This document shows, piece by piece, positions 1 to 9,879 of a stretch of DNA of 64,000 bases. Under the pieces are notes generated by a model. The model saw only the letters and a list, made by a program, of their open reading frames with translations. It was not told the origin of the DNA and ran no database searches. Where the stretch lies: IMG/VR virus record IMGVR_UViG_3300022198_000015; one strand, written 5' to 3'. The position numbers and the translations under genes are program-made. Position 1 is the stretch's first letter. Each line of letters opens with the position of its first letter. This DNA comes from an uncultured virus (IMG/VR IMGVR_UViG_3300022198_000015) (taxonomy: Duplodnaviria > Heunggongvirae > Uroviricota > Caudoviricetes).

Positions 1-320
1 TCAGTATCTACAGTAGCACCAAAAGTATCGTCTAAAATACCCACAACAGCATTGTATCCATCAGCTCTATCTTCATTCCATGCCCTGAATAAAGAATCTA
101 AAGTTTGTGCATCTGCGTCATTTAATACGCTAGAAATAGCCCATATGCGTTTATCAGGATGTGCTGGGCCTCCATAACTAAGAGTACCTTTAGCTGTTAA
201 ATTATATTGACTAGCCCCTGAATAAGTCCGAGGTAAACTATCATTATCAAATAACTGAAAGGATACATTATAAGTTGTTGAGGTACCTTCCTTAGTATAT
301 GCTATACTGATAGTAGACAT
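1..320 (-). CDS. Putative distal tail/tail-tip protein (partial, runs off window start)
   Basis: Open frame from ATG at 320 (MSTISIAYTKEGTSTTYNVSFQLFDND...) two genes downstream of tape measure; late motif at 340-349. Confidence 0.5.
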   Translation of the reverse strand, partial: MSTISIAYTKEGTSTTYNVSFQLFDNDSLPRTYSGASQYNLTAKGTLSYGGPAHPDKRIWAISSVLNDADAQTLDSLFRAWNEDRADGYNAVVGILDDTFGATVDT

Positions 321-347
321 CGGCTTTAAAATCCTGTCGTAGGATGC

Positions 348-707
348 CTATTCTTTGTCTTCAATTAATGACTGAAAGTGTTGAATAATATGAGGCTCAT
401 TCATAAATAAATACTGATGCCTATTATTTTTAACAGCTGTCCGTAACCGGCTATCAGTATTGACTAAATGTTTAAAAAGACTTTCATAAACTTCAAATAG
501 ATAAGTCATTGCTTCTTCTGATATGTCTTCAGAATTACGTGCGGCATATTGCAAAGCCATACGTAAATACACAAAATAAACTTCTTGTTTATCTAAAGGT
601 AAATTCTGCCAGTTTTCTATAGGGCATTTTTGTCCTGTGGTCTGTCTAGCAGATAGCATATCTAATAACATATTTGCTTCATCTTTTGGGTCGCCGAAAG
701 AAAGCAT
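348..707 (-). CDS. Hypothetical protein
   Basis: 119 aa ORF co-oriented after tape measure. Confidence 0.6.
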   Translation of the reverse strand: MLSFGDPKDEANMLLDMLSARQTTGQKCPIENWQNLPLDKQEVYFVYLRMALQYAARNSEDISEEAMTYLFEVYESLFKHLVNTDSRLRTAVKNNRHQYLFMNEPHIIQHFQSLIEDKE

Positions 708-739
708 AACTTTAGTGATTTTGTGGATTATACTTCCTA

Positions 740-3586
740 TTATTGACGACGCATACGACGTTGACGTACCAGATTAACTAGTATGTCACTTGCAGCTTGC
801 GTGGGATTATCTGATTGAATAGTAACATTATTAATAATGTTATCCCCAACAGTCTTGCTACGTGAGTAGGTAGAACTAATGCTGCCCATAGAAACACCCG
901 CTTTAGGTGTCCTAATGGCATTTAAGTTAATACCTCCCTTAGGGATATCTAACTGGGCAGCTAAGTGGGCAGGAATAATGGTACCAGTAGCCGGGGCTTT
1001 CCATTGACCCCATGCAGGTGCATTAATCATGCTGAGACGACCAGAGGCACTAAGGAAAGCTTCTTGACCTAATTCATTAACAGTATAGGTAGTACCACCA
1101 GTAACAGGGCCACCAGCAAATTCATTTTTTCCTATATTAGGAATCTGAAGTTTATACGTACTAGCTTTACGTAAGGCACTTTCGATCCTTTCGGCAGCAT
1201 TCGCTACATTCCCTATCTTTGGTTGAGTGTCATCCAACGCTTTGTTTAAATCCCCAGTAGCTTTAGCTGATTGTTTTGCTGCTTCTAATCTACTCTGTTC
1301 TAATTTTAAGACAGCATCTGCTTTTTGAAATTGATTATCTTTTTGCTTTATTTGTTCATTTAAAGCTTTAATTTGCTCATCATAGTTTTTTTTGGTCTGA
1401 TCTAATTTTTTATTTAAATCCTCTATTGCAGCTTTATGACGATTCTCTTCTTCTGTTTTCTCTTTTTGTTTATCTGCAATTTTTTTCTCTAGTGCCTCTT
1501 CTTCTTGTTTTTGCTTCAATCGAATTTCTGCTATTTTTTCACTTCTAACTAATTGATCATAACTAGCTTGTGCCTCTAGACGTTCTTTTTCTGTAAGTTT
1601 TGCGTTATTAGCCTTAGCTAGTAACTCTTGTTTACGTAATTGTAGAAGACGTTCTTCAGCAGGCGTCTTAGCCTCTAACGCAGCAATCTCCGCAGCATAA
1701 CGATCTTTTATCTCGTCTTTCTGCTTTTTAAGTGCTTCTAATTGCTCATTTAATTGAGCCATCCGACCACTATGATATGTATCTTCGGCACTCTTAGCAT
1801 CCTCTAAACCTTGGATACGGACATCTTTTTCTCCTTTTAATTTTTCAATACGCTCTTCTAAATTAGCTTTTTCAATACCCCAAAGTATCTTTGCTTCGTT
1901 TAATTCTGCTTTACGTGCATCTAAAGCTCGTTGAGTAGCAGCAATTTGTTGATCTAAAGTTTGAACTACTTTTTTATTCTCATTATTGTATTCTTTTACG
2001 TACTGTTGTAAAGCAGGAAATTTACCAAAGTTATCAGCAAACCAATTTCTAGTAGCGTTAAATAAGTCATTGATAGTTGTTTTACCTTCAATAAAAGGTT
2101 TCACCCAAGGCGCCTGAGCAAATATTTCTCCTAATCCTATTATTTCACCAAATTTAGCAGCAAGAAACACAAGAATTCGGGCAGCTCCTTTTAAAAGAAA
2201 TACTATAATTTCTATAGTAGTAACAAAAATTTTTATAGCCTGAGCGATTATTAAAACAGCTCCATAGATAGCACCGCCTAAAAGGTTGCCGATTAGTGCT
2301 AAGGCTTCTTTAAAACCGTCACTTTTAATAAGTAGATCAGCAAAAAATTGCGAGATGTAAAGACCAATCGACTGGAATAATTGTCCAGTTTCACTAAAAG
2401 CTTCGTTAAGTTGATCAATACTGATTGTATTTATAGTACCTTTAATATTTTCAATTTGCGCTGGATTTAAATCATCAAGACGTGATTGTAAATCCCCAAT
2501 GCTACCCTCTAATTCTTTAATAGCCTCTTGCGATATAGCAATAAAAGCCTCTCGGAACAATTCAGCAGTAATCGCTCCAGAACTCATAGCACCTTCAAAA
2601 TCTGTAATGCCATATTTAGCGGCAGCATAATTAGCAATTTGTGCCCTTAAAGCACCATCAATTTCAGCAAATTGTTGATTTAATTCCTCACCTTGAAGTT
2701 TGCCTTTACCCATAACCTGAGCAAATGCTTCAATATATCGATTAGATTGATCTGTATTTAAACCAAGAGCCGTCATCCTTGCAGATAACGCTTGGATAGT
2801 ACCACTAACATCCGAAATAGTACCACCATTAGCAGTAATAGTAGGTGTTAGACGTTTATAGGCTTTTTCAACAGATTCTAGGGAAACACCAAAAGATAAC
2901 GAAATAGCCTTAGCATCATTTAATGCTTGAGCAGCATCATCTACACTAAGACCAAAAGTTTTAAAAGCTAGTTGAATTTGAGAAACTTGAGTAGCTCGTT
3001 GTACAAAAATCTGAATAGATTGATTAATTTGTCCTATAAGTTGTATAACAGTAGCTACAGCCGCTCCAATAGCATTAAATTTACCAATACCTTTAAGAAG
3101 ACCATCAAAACTTGGTAAAGTGACACCAGCAAAAGTAATGCGGCTAGCCTCACGTAATTTTCTTGAGGCCTCGTCTACCTTAGCGTTTGCTTCACTCCAT
3201 TTATTTGTTATAACACGTATAGAACGACCAGAAGCATCTACACCATCTTTATATTTAGCAATAGCATTTCTTGCCTGCACTAAATTAGATAAAGTTTGCT
3301 TAAGATTAGTTAAAGAGCCCTCTTCTGTCTTAAGAATTTGCTTCCTTTGTTTGTCAATTTTATCCCACTCACTTCGTAAAACTTTGGTAGTTTTTTCTAA
3401 CTCCCCAGTACGCGCATTAAGCTTAAGTTCAACAACAGTTTCTTTAGTACCACCCAATATTTTGTTAATCTGATCTTTAGCTTTTTCAGAACCATCTATA
3501 GCTTCCGTAAATAAAGTCTGAAAGTCTCTATTAGCCGTAGAAACATCAGCCTTAACCCTGACTAAAATATCTTCGGACTTAGCCAT
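740..3586 (-). CDS. Tail tape measure protein
   Basis: 948 aa, helical/coiled-coil; tape-measure motif AFAQVMGKGKLQGEELNQQ; C-terminal AGGPV...VNELGQEAF; follows major tail gene. Confidence 0.93.
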   Translation of the reverse strand: MAKSEDILVRVKADVSTANRDFQTLFTEAIDGSEKAKDQINKILGGTKETVVELKLNARTGELEKTTKVLRSEWDKIDKQRKQILKTEEGSLTNLKQTLSNLVQARNAIAKYKDGVDASGRSIRVITNKWSEANAKVDEASRKLREASRITFAGVTLPSFDGLLKGIGKFNAIGAAVATVIQLIGQINQSIQIFVQRATQVSQIQLAFKTFGLSVDDAAQALNDAKAISLSFGVSLESVEKAYKRLTPTITANGGTISDVSGTIQALSARMTALGLNTDQSNRYIEAFAQVMGKGKLQGEELNQQFAEIDGALRAQIANYAAAKYGITDFEGAMSSGAITAELFREAFIAISQEAIKELEGSIGDLQSRLDDLNPAQIENIKGTINTISIDQLNEAFSETGQLFQSIGLYISQFFADLLIKSDGFKEALALIGNLLGGAIYGAVLIIAQAIKIFVTTIEIIVFLLKGAARILVFLAAKFGEIIGLGEIFAQAPWVKPFIEGKTTINDLFNATRNWFADNFGKFPALQQYVKEYNNENKKVVQTLDQQIAATQRALDARKAELNEAKILWGIEKANLEERIEKLKGEKDVRIQGLEDAKSAEDTYHSGRMAQLNEQLEALKKQKDEIKDRYAAEIAALEAKTPAEERLLQLRKQELLAKANNAKLTEKERLEAQASYDQLVRSEKIAEIRLKQKQEEEALEKKIADKQKEKTEEENRHKAAIEDLNKKLDQTKKNYDEQIKALNEQIKQKDNQFQKADAVLKLEQSRLEAAKQSAKATGDLNKALDDTQPKIGNVANAAERIESALRKASTYKLQIPNIGKNEFAGGPVTGGTTYTVNELGQEAFLSASGRLSMINAPAWGQWKAPATGTIIPAHLAAQLDIPKGGINLNAIRTPKAGVSMGSISSTYSRSKTVGDNIINNVTIQSDNPTQAASDILVNLVRQRRMRRQ

Positions 3587-3619
3587 TTAAAGCGTAACAT
3601 GCTTATTTAGGATACCACT

Positions 3620-3643
3620 AAAAAGCCCCCAATTACGGGGGCC
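3620..3643 (-). terminator. Intrinsic terminator after major tail gene
   Basis: GCCCCC/GGGGGC stem with T-tract on minus strand. Confidence 0.7.
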
Positions 3644-3667
3644 TAGTTATTCAATTGTTAGTTATTA

Positions 3668-4282
3668 TCAGGTACCAGTGTTCTCGTCCAGCTCAACGCG
3701 ATACGGACCATAACCCACCAGTTCCATCTCCCAGGACACGATAGAGCCGGCCTCGATGCTTTCCGAGTAGCCGCTGAGGGTACCATAGCCGTACACCGTT
3801 TCAACGGTGCCCGTAGGGCCCACACGGGCGAACTTAACCCGCAGGCTATCGGCCACAGTGTTCTGCTCCACCAGACGGATGATCTGATAACCAGCGTCTT
3901 TGAAGTCAGCCACACCGGCTAAACCAACAGTCCAGCTCTTACCAGTAGCAATCGACTGGGCGAAACCTAAGCTGGTGTCGTCATAAGTCACCACGTCCTC
4001 GGAGTCGGTATCCGTCTCCAGAGAAGCATTGGTCAGACCAAGCAGCTTCACCGGCTTCATAGTGCCATCAGTAGGCTCTGCAGCAGGCGTAGCACCTAAG
4101 GAGAACACACCACTAGCGTAGGTGATCTTCTCGTTAGCAGGAACCAGTGAAGTGGTGTTGATAAAATAGGTAGCACCAGCACCCACGCCACCAGTTACAC
4201 CAGTGAAGGTAGTATCAACAGAAGAAGAGGCTAACGGCACAATATAGGTGGTATAGCCAAAAGCAGAACTAAAATTTGCCAT
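3668..4282 (-). CDS. Major tail (tube) protein
   Basis: 204 aa beta-rich, G/T-rich, directly upstream of tape measure, host-like GC-rich codons, followed by a terminator. Confidence 0.8.
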   Translation of the reverse strand: MANFSSAFGYTTYIVPLASSSVDTTFTGVTGGVGAGATYFINTTSLVPANEKITYASGVFSLGATPAAEPTDGTMKPVKLLGLTNASLETDTDSEDVVTYDDTSLGFAQSIATGKSWTVGLAGVADFKDAGYQIIRLVEQNTVADSLRVKFARVGPTGTVETVYGYGTLSGYSESIEAGSIVSWEMELVGYGPYRVELDENTGT

Positions 4283-4390
4283 CGGATTGATTAGCTAGGT
4301 AGAAGCCCTAGTACGAAACGACAAGGAATTCGGCAGGGTAGGCCCCTACCTACTATCCTAGTTTGCCAATTAAATTTGGTATCCTACAAA

Positions 4391-4822
4391 TTACCCCAAA
4401 ATTGGGCAGTCACTAGGTATACGCACCTGCGTCTGAAAAGCCACGCCTAAATTAGTACCAGTAGCAAAAACATCCACAGAAGTAGCTAATGGGAATAATT
4501 CACCGATCCTAGTGAGAGCTGCCGTAACATCAGCCCCAGTAGCCGGCTCCCATACAATTAAAAATATCTTCCATAAATAAGTAACATCCACAGCATCAGT
4601 AAGGTACTTTTTAGTGCTCATATCCCCAACATCATGGATAACTACCTCTACTCCAGTCTGTTTAGAAACTGCTGGTAGATCAGAACCAGGAGTAACAATA
4701 CTAATACTGGGAGCAGTACCACCTGATTTAAAAGTATAAGTACCAACTTCAGCCATAAAAGTAGCATCATTAGTTAATGTAGTATAAATTACTTCAGGAC
4801 TAGAGGCTAAAGTTTGAGCCAT
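4391..4822 (-). CDS. Putative tail terminator/completion protein
   Basis: 143 aa, position upstream of major tail gene. Confidence 0.55.
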   Translation of the reverse strand: MAQTLASSPEVIYTTLTNDATFMAEVGTYTFKSGGTAPSISIVTPGSDLPAVSKQTGVEVVIHDVGDMSTKKYLTDAVDVTYLWKIFLIVWEPATGADVTAALTRIGELFPLATSVDVFATGTNLGVAFQTQVRIPSDCPILG

Positions 4823-4960
4823 TTTTCAGCTATTTTATACCTAACTAGGGTGCCTATCAGGTATACTATAACTAGAAAACCTTGGAGGTTTTATGCACTT
4901 ACGTTCGCTTAATTTGTGTAAACACAAAATGAGCAACGGAGGTGTAACAGTCGTAAATCA

Positions 4961-5380
4961 ATGAGTTCCTTCCTGAAGCCGATCCCTGAGACGGCTGATC
5001 AATTACTCTTTGATTTACAAGCCATGACTTCCTCAGAAGCTAAAAGGCAATGGCGAGCTGCCATAAAAGCTGCCTGGAAAAATTGTTGCGCTTACTGCGG
5101 TAAGCCACCAATTGATAATAAATCCTTAACAATTGATCACGTTAAACCTCGTATGCGTGGTGGAGAAGACCGCACCAGTAACTGCATCCCTGCTTGTCGA
5201 GATTGTAACCACCACAAAGGCTCCCACCACTGGTTAGCCTGGTACCGCATGCAACCTTTCTACTCCTTCTCCAAGGAGCTAAAAATTAAGCATTGGTTGC
5301 GTACAGGCGAAGTCCTGGAGGCTGAAACTTTAGACGATACCCTTTGGTTAGATTACATCTCTAACTATTTAACTAGCTGA
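4961..5380 (+). CDS. HNH endonuclease
   Basis: CAYC...TIDHVKP...GG...NCIPACRDCNHHKG; opposite strand within tail module. Confidence 0.92.
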   Translation: MSSFLKPIPETADQLLFDLQAMTSSEAKRQWRAAIKAAWKNCCAYCGKPPIDNKSLTIDHVKPRMRGGEDRTSNCIPACRDCNHHKGSHHWLAWYRMQPFYSFSKELKIKHWLRTGEVLEAETLDDTLWLDYISNYLTS

Positions 5381-5991
5381 AGAATTACATCTTCCTTAGC
5401 TATGACTTTAGTGTGTATATAAGGCACATTTAAATTAACTTTGCGGCCGCAAGGAGATTCCATCTGTAAAGTTTGGTTACTGGCTTCTTCTAGGGCAATT
5501 AACAGTCCTTTGTAGCCGTTGGTGACCTCAGTGGGAGCAATCAAAATAGCTGTGTCACACTTAAAACACAATAACTCAGGAGGCCTAGTGCTAGCTCTAT
5601 AAACCAGATCTTTATAGCAGAATAACCCCCAAGCAGGAAATAGATTTCTGCTGATCAATTCCTTAACAGCAGCACCATATTGCGCCTCAGGTAAGTTCTT
5701 AGTTTCAATTGGTTGATAAAGATAAAACTGCTCAATAGTAGGTCGTTTATGTTTTTTCTTATCCATATTCATACTAGCTGTTAGTTGAGCAAGCATTGAA
5801 ATAGGACGCTCATAAGCATGAAGCTCAAAAAGCCTTATCCTAGAAAAATTAGCATAGGCTTCTATTACATAATCAAATGGTAAATTCCAATACTTTTCTA
5901 AACTAAATTCCGGGTCCCCAGGGTAAAAACGCTTTAGCTCCCAATAATAACTCTGGAAATCAAAGCCGTCATCACCCTCCGTTACTTTTTT
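5365..5991 (-). CDS. Tail assembly chaperone, frameshift extension (gpT-like)
   Basis: -1 frame is open from the slippery heptamer at 5985-5991 into the 5365..5796 ORF. Confidence 0.75.
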   Translation of the reverse strand, partial: KKVTEGDDGFDFQSYYWELKRFYPGDPEFSLEKYWNLPFDYVIEAYANFSRIRLFELHAYERPISMLAQLTASMNMDKKKHKRPTIEQFYLYQPIETKNLPEAQYGAAVKELISRNLFPAWGLFCYKDLVYRASTRPPELLCFKCDTAILIAPTEVTNGYKGLLIALEEASNQTLQMESPCGRKVNLNVPYIHTKVIAKEDVILQLVK

Positions 5992-6545
5992 TCTAAGGCA
6001 CTAACTTCTGTTTCTTTACTAGAAAACTCAGAATTAGCTTTAGAACTAATCAAACGCTCAGTGCTCTTGTTTTCCTCCTCTTCACATAACTTAGAAAGAC
6101 CAGTAATAATAGTAGGGTGAATTTCTGATACATTATCAAGATCAAAATCAGAATTGATACGATGGATAATCATGCAAATAGCCCTTAAATATTCTTTCTT
6201 ACTTTCATGCTGTACGGCTATTTGAGTAACTACATCTAAATCAGCGCTATAATTTTCTACAACTTTAGGGTAATTCTTATCCTTATTAGTATTACCACTT
6301 AAGGCATCCATAACAAGGACATGCGCTTTGTCTGCTGGAATGCGCAGATCACTAGATACCTTACGGATAACTTTCAACAAATGACTAGCAACTTCATCGT
6401 TGCCGGCCCCTTGTTGTAAAAATGTTTTTTCGGCTACACTAAGAAAACCACGACGTTCTATTTCAATAATACCGCTATCTTCATCGCCAATACGTTCTAC
6501 AATAGGTTGTAACCTCGGTTGCACAACAAAAGGTAACCCAGCCAT
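5982..6545 (-). CDS. Tail assembly chaperone (gpG-like)
   Basis: Ends GAA AAA AAG TAA (A-AAA-AAG slippery site) within the tail module. Confidence 0.75.
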   Translation of the reverse strand: MAGLPFVVQPRLQPIVERIGDEDSGIIEIERRGFLSVAEKTFLQQGAGNDEVASHLLKVIRKVSSDLRIPADKAHVLVMDALSGNTNKDKNYPKVVENYSADLDVVTQIAVQHESKKEYLRAICMIIHRINSDFDLDNVSEIHPTIITGLSKLCEEEENKSTERLISSKANSEFSSKETEVSALEKK

Positions 6546-6574
6546 ATAAATCAAGAAGTGGTGTTTTATAATAC

Positions 6575-7063
6575 CTAAAGAAGCTCATTTAGATTTTTAT
6601 TAAATAAAGAGGCAAAATCATAGGTTGCTAAGACAACATCTATCCAGGGCCTAGGAGAGATATACACAGGCTCAGCATCAGGGTTGCCGTAAGGGATAAT
6701 ATAGCCACCATACTGCATCAAAGCAGCATAAGGCACATTATATGAAATCTCCAAAGTACTGGCATTAATATTAATAGCTAAAGAATTTTTTAATCTTCCG
6801 GTTTTAACCAAATTAAAAGCAACAATACTGGCATCTAATTTACCCCGTAAATCAATAGCAGCTTCTCTTAACGTAGCATCCTTAGCTTGTTCTATTTTTG
6901 CGCTTAGCTCCTGTAAACCATCAGCATCAATTTCTAAATCTAGATTAAAAGGCCTAATAAGAACAGATGATTTGAAAGAGGTCTGCTCAAGTTGTTTGGT
7001 ATCTTTTATTACTTGTTTAATTACACCATCTAATGCATCAGCAACATTACTATAATTAGCCAT
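6575..7063 (-). CDS. HK97 gp10-like neck/tail completion protein
   Basis: VKTGRLKNS...YAALMQYG...PRPW motifs. Confidence 0.8.
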   Translation of the reverse strand: MANYSNVADALDGVIKQVIKDTKQLEQTSFKSSVLIRPFNLDLEIDADGLQELSAKIEQAKDATLREAAIDLRGKLDASIVAFNLVKTGRLKNSLAININASTLEISYNVPYAALMQYGGYIIPYGNPDAEPVYISPRPWIDVVLATYDFASLFNKNLNELL

Positions 7064-7566
7064 TAATTCAACACCTCAGCCCCCGTTAATTGTAACTCAA
7101 CACCACCAATCTCAGCATACAGGATACTATCAATACCAGTACCCCCATAAACGCCCGTATTACGCTCTACAGTAGCCGTCATGGTGTCCTGGGTCCCGAT
7201 GGCAAATTCAACCCGCGTGCCGGCCCTCAGGGCGTCATCTGCAGCGGTAATATTCGTCCAGGTCACCCCACTAAGATCCCCCCTCCAGTCAAACCCACTG
7301 GAAACCGTAGCCTTCTGTAGGTAAAAACCCCTGTAATAAAACTGGTCACCGCTTGCACCAGTCATCAGCTCGCCCCCAAGCTGGCTAGGCAGCGGCTGTT
7401 TGACACTACCCGAAGATACACCCTTATACTGTTGGCGTTTCATAAAACACCTAAACAAATATACCGGCCCTGCAGCTTCTACTAAATAACCATTTACTGT
7501 ACTAACACCTCCCTTAGAGGTAACTCGTACCAGGGCATTTGCATACGGTAATAAAGGAGAGGCCAT
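7063..7566 (-). CDS. Putative head-closure/adaptor protein
   Basis: 167 aa, translationally coupled to the neck gene; late motif upstream. Confidence 0.5.
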   Translation of the reverse strand: MASPLLPYANALVRVTSKGGVSTVNGYLVEAAGPVYLFRCFMKRQQYKGVSSGSVKQPLPSQLGGELMTGASGDQFYYRGFYLQKATVSSGFDWRGDLSGVTWTNITAADDALRAGTRVEFAIGTQDTMTATVERNTGVYGGTGIDSILYAEIGGVELQLTGAEVLN

Positions 7567-7608
7567 TACCCCAAAACCCTAGTAAATAAGCTATAATAGG
7601 GTACCATC

Positions 7609-7797
7609 CTAATTGTTCCAATGCCGAATAACACCGGCTACAATAAACATATTAGTTGTCATGTATGATAAAAATATAATAATTCTGATAAGACCTATAG
7701 TATCTGCATGAATTTCATTCGTATCTGCCTTTTCTCCTAAAGCCTTGGCTAAAACAACTAACTTAGGATGTAGCAGACGTTTCTGTTTTAATCTCAT
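7609..7797 (-). CDS. Small membrane protein, hypothetical
   Basis: 62 aa with hydrophobic C-terminus, KALGEKA...VAGVIRHWN. Confidence 0.55.
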   Translation of the reverse strand: MRLKQKRLLHPKLVVLAKALGEKADTNEIHADTIGLIRIIIFLSYMTTNMFIVAGVIRHWNN

Positions 7798-7882
7798 ATT
7801 ACTCTGGTGTATTGGCTAAAGCGCCATCGGGCTTTAGGCATAAAATTTTGGTGTCTATATCTAGTATACCACTTTATGTTAT

Positions 7883-8158
7883 CTACCACTTGGTCTTACT
7901 AGCCCACCAAGCAGCCGATAGCTTACCTCTGGCTATATTCTTCGCGTGTCGCGCTTTAAACGACTGTCGCCGCGCAGCATATGACTTGGATTCACCTTTC
8001 TTCTTAGGGCTACCCTTAACACCCTGCTGCCCAAAACGAATAAGACGTACAGTATCACCTTCTTTCGCTAGAACAGCGTGCGACTTCTTAGCATGGCCAG
8101 GGGTCCTCTTGGGTTTATTATAACCCGCAAATTTTTCACCCCGATATTCAACAGCCAT
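7883..8158 (-). CDS. Small basic phage protein
   Basis: K/R-rich, GYNKPKRTP...IRFGQQG...SFKARH...SAAWW pattern typical of tailed phages. Confidence 0.8.
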   Translation of the reverse strand: MAVEYRGEKFAGYNKPKRTPGHAKKSHAVLAKEGDTVRLIRFGQQGVKGSPKKKGESKSYAARRQSFKARHAKNIARGKLSAAWWASKTKW

Positions 8159-8216
8159 AAAATGAAAAAGTGCTATTCTAGGTTACCTGGAACCCTAGCG
8201 CAGTTGTTACCCTAAG

Positions 8217-9113
8217 ATGTCCGATTCTATTATTAAAGTTAAAAAATCAGGCTTCTACCAAAATAAAACCAAACTAAACCTAGCAGGTAGTCATACATGG
8301 AATACCGTACAGTCCATTGCAGGTAAAAAAGTCTCCCTAGATGCCATAACAGGTAATTTTACGCGCCTTTGGACCATAGAAACAAAAGGTTTTGTCCTAG
8401 GAAACAAATTTTATGGTAGTAATCTAAGTGGCCTGGCAAAAGTTAATGTCGTGCCCTGGAAAAAAGATGGCCGTCTTAATAAACAATTTTATTCCCAGTT
8501 TGAAACCATAGTAAAACGCGCAGAAAAACGAGATATAGTCGTAGGTGTCTGCTTATTTGATAATGCCTGGACATCCTATATGGATAGAGGCTGGGAATTC
8601 CACCCTTTCAATGGCCTGGGACCTTCAGATCCCTCTGAAGTACACTCCAAAGGCCCTTGGAATACCTTCCAACGCGCCCATGTTAAAGAAATGGTTAAAA
8701 CCCTAGAGCCCTATAATAACGTCATATTTGAAGTTGGTAATGAATTACATCGCAATTCTGTATCGTCATTCCAGAAAAACGTGGTTAAATGGGTTAAAAA
8801 GTTCACCGATAAACCCGTAGGGGTATCCTACGCTAGTCGCGTGAAACCATCAGCCGGCCGCACCCAGTCCTGGATAGCAAAAACCAACGCCGATTGGGCA
8901 GCCCCAGCAGGCGGTGAACGCATCCCCGGCTTCAAAGGCCATTACGTATTCGATACCGATCATGCAAGTGCATTACGCACCAACGTAGCCGGCTTGCAGG
9001 CTGCAAACCGTCGCGGCGACTCCCTCTGGTTAATGGATGGCCTAGGAGGTGATATCCTAAGAAATGCCTCTAATCTAGCCCCAGATAGAGCCTATATTAA
9101 CTCCATCCTGTGA
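8217..9113 (+). CDS. Glycoside hydrolase-like TIM-barrel protein (clan GH-A-like)
   Basis: NVIFEVGNE acid/base motif; IVKRAEKRDIVVGVCLF segment typical of GH5/DUF4038-like barrels. Confidence 0.65.
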   Translation: MSDSIIKVKKSGFYQNKTKLNLAGSHTWNTVQSIAGKKVSLDAITGNFTRLWTIETKGFVLGNKFYGSNLSGLAKVNVVPWKKDGRLNKQFYSQFETIVKRAEKRDIVVGVCLFDNAWTSYMDRGWEFHPFNGLGPSDPSEVHSKGPWNTFQRAHVKEMVKTLEPYNNVIFEVGNELHRNSVSSFQKNVVKWVKKFTDKPVGVSYASRVKPSAGRTQSWIAKTNADWAAPAGGERIPGFKGHYVFDTDHASALRTNVAGLQAANRRGDSLWLMDGLGGDILRNASNLAPDRAYINSIL

Positions 9114-9114
9114 A

Positions 9115-9315
9115 CTACTTGGCCCGTTTCTTACGGGCTTTCTTCTTTGCACTAGCAGCCTTAAAATCAGCCTTACTAGGAGCACCCTTAGCCCCAACAG
9201 GCCTCATCCTTTCCTTAGAACCCGCCGCAATGCGACGACGCTTCGCACGAATGTTCTCCCATAATCCCGGCCTCTTTTTAGCCATTTTTTTACCCGTGAC
9301 AACATTTAAAGGCAT
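9115..9315 (-). CDS. Small basic protein
   Basis: KRPGLWENIRAKRRRI...GAPSKADF, very basic. Confidence 0.75.
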   Translation of the reverse strand: MPLNVVTGKKMAKKRPGLWENIRAKRRRIAAGSKERMRPVGAKGAPSKADFKAASAKKKARKKRAK

Positions 9316-9374
9316 CTCATAGTACCTATCTATCTAGACTACCTAGTAAAACTACCTACCGAGGCTACCTAGTA

Positions 9375-9695
9375 TTAATCCCGTTGCCTCCAATCATCAG
9401 GCCGCTCCTGATGAAACCATTCAGCAATATCATCCACACTATTAAATCCACGTATACCTTTAGCATCATTCCCAATACCTCCAATATCAAGTTGGTTTAA
9501 AAAATCATCCATACTACCAGGCTCCATATCAGGATTCTCTGCCTTACGCCTGGCCTGCCTTAACATCGTAGCCGCATGCCTATTTACCTTAGCCAACTTC
9601 TCCGCCCATATCATATCACCTAATTGTACATCAGCCCCCACAATAATACACTTACATATATACTCTAGCTTTAATCGATAACTAGTGGATAACAT
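9375..9695 (-). CDS. Conserved cyanophage-type hypothetical protein
   Basis: MLSTSYRLKLEYICKCI...DWRQRD, 106 aa. Confidence 0.75.
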   Translation of the reverse strand: MLSTSYRLKLEYICKCIIVGADVQLGDMIWAEKLAKVNRHAATMLRQARRKAENPDMEPGSMDDFLNQLDIGGIGNDAKGIRGFNSVDDIAEWFHQERPDDWRQRD

Positions 9696-9731
9696 AGCAT
9701 CCTATACAACTCACCTATAATTCCAACACCC

Positions 9732-9878
9732 CTACGACTTACGCCCCTTAGATGCACTGGAACCCTTGGCCTTACCTTTCTTATACTTCTTTTTCTTCTC
9801 CTCCATAGCAAACTTACGAGCTACCTCAGGCTCCTGTGAATACAAATACCGACGTTGCTTACCAGATTTAAATGGCAT
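9732..9878 (-). CDS. Small basic protein (not in ORF track)
   Basis: MPFKSGKQRRYLYSQEPEVARKFAMEEKKKK..., 48 aa, abuts upstream gene. Confidence 0.7.
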   Translation of the reverse strand: MPFKSGKQRRYLYSQEPEVARKFAMEEKKKKYKKGKAKGSSASKGRKS

Positions 9879-9879
9879 C

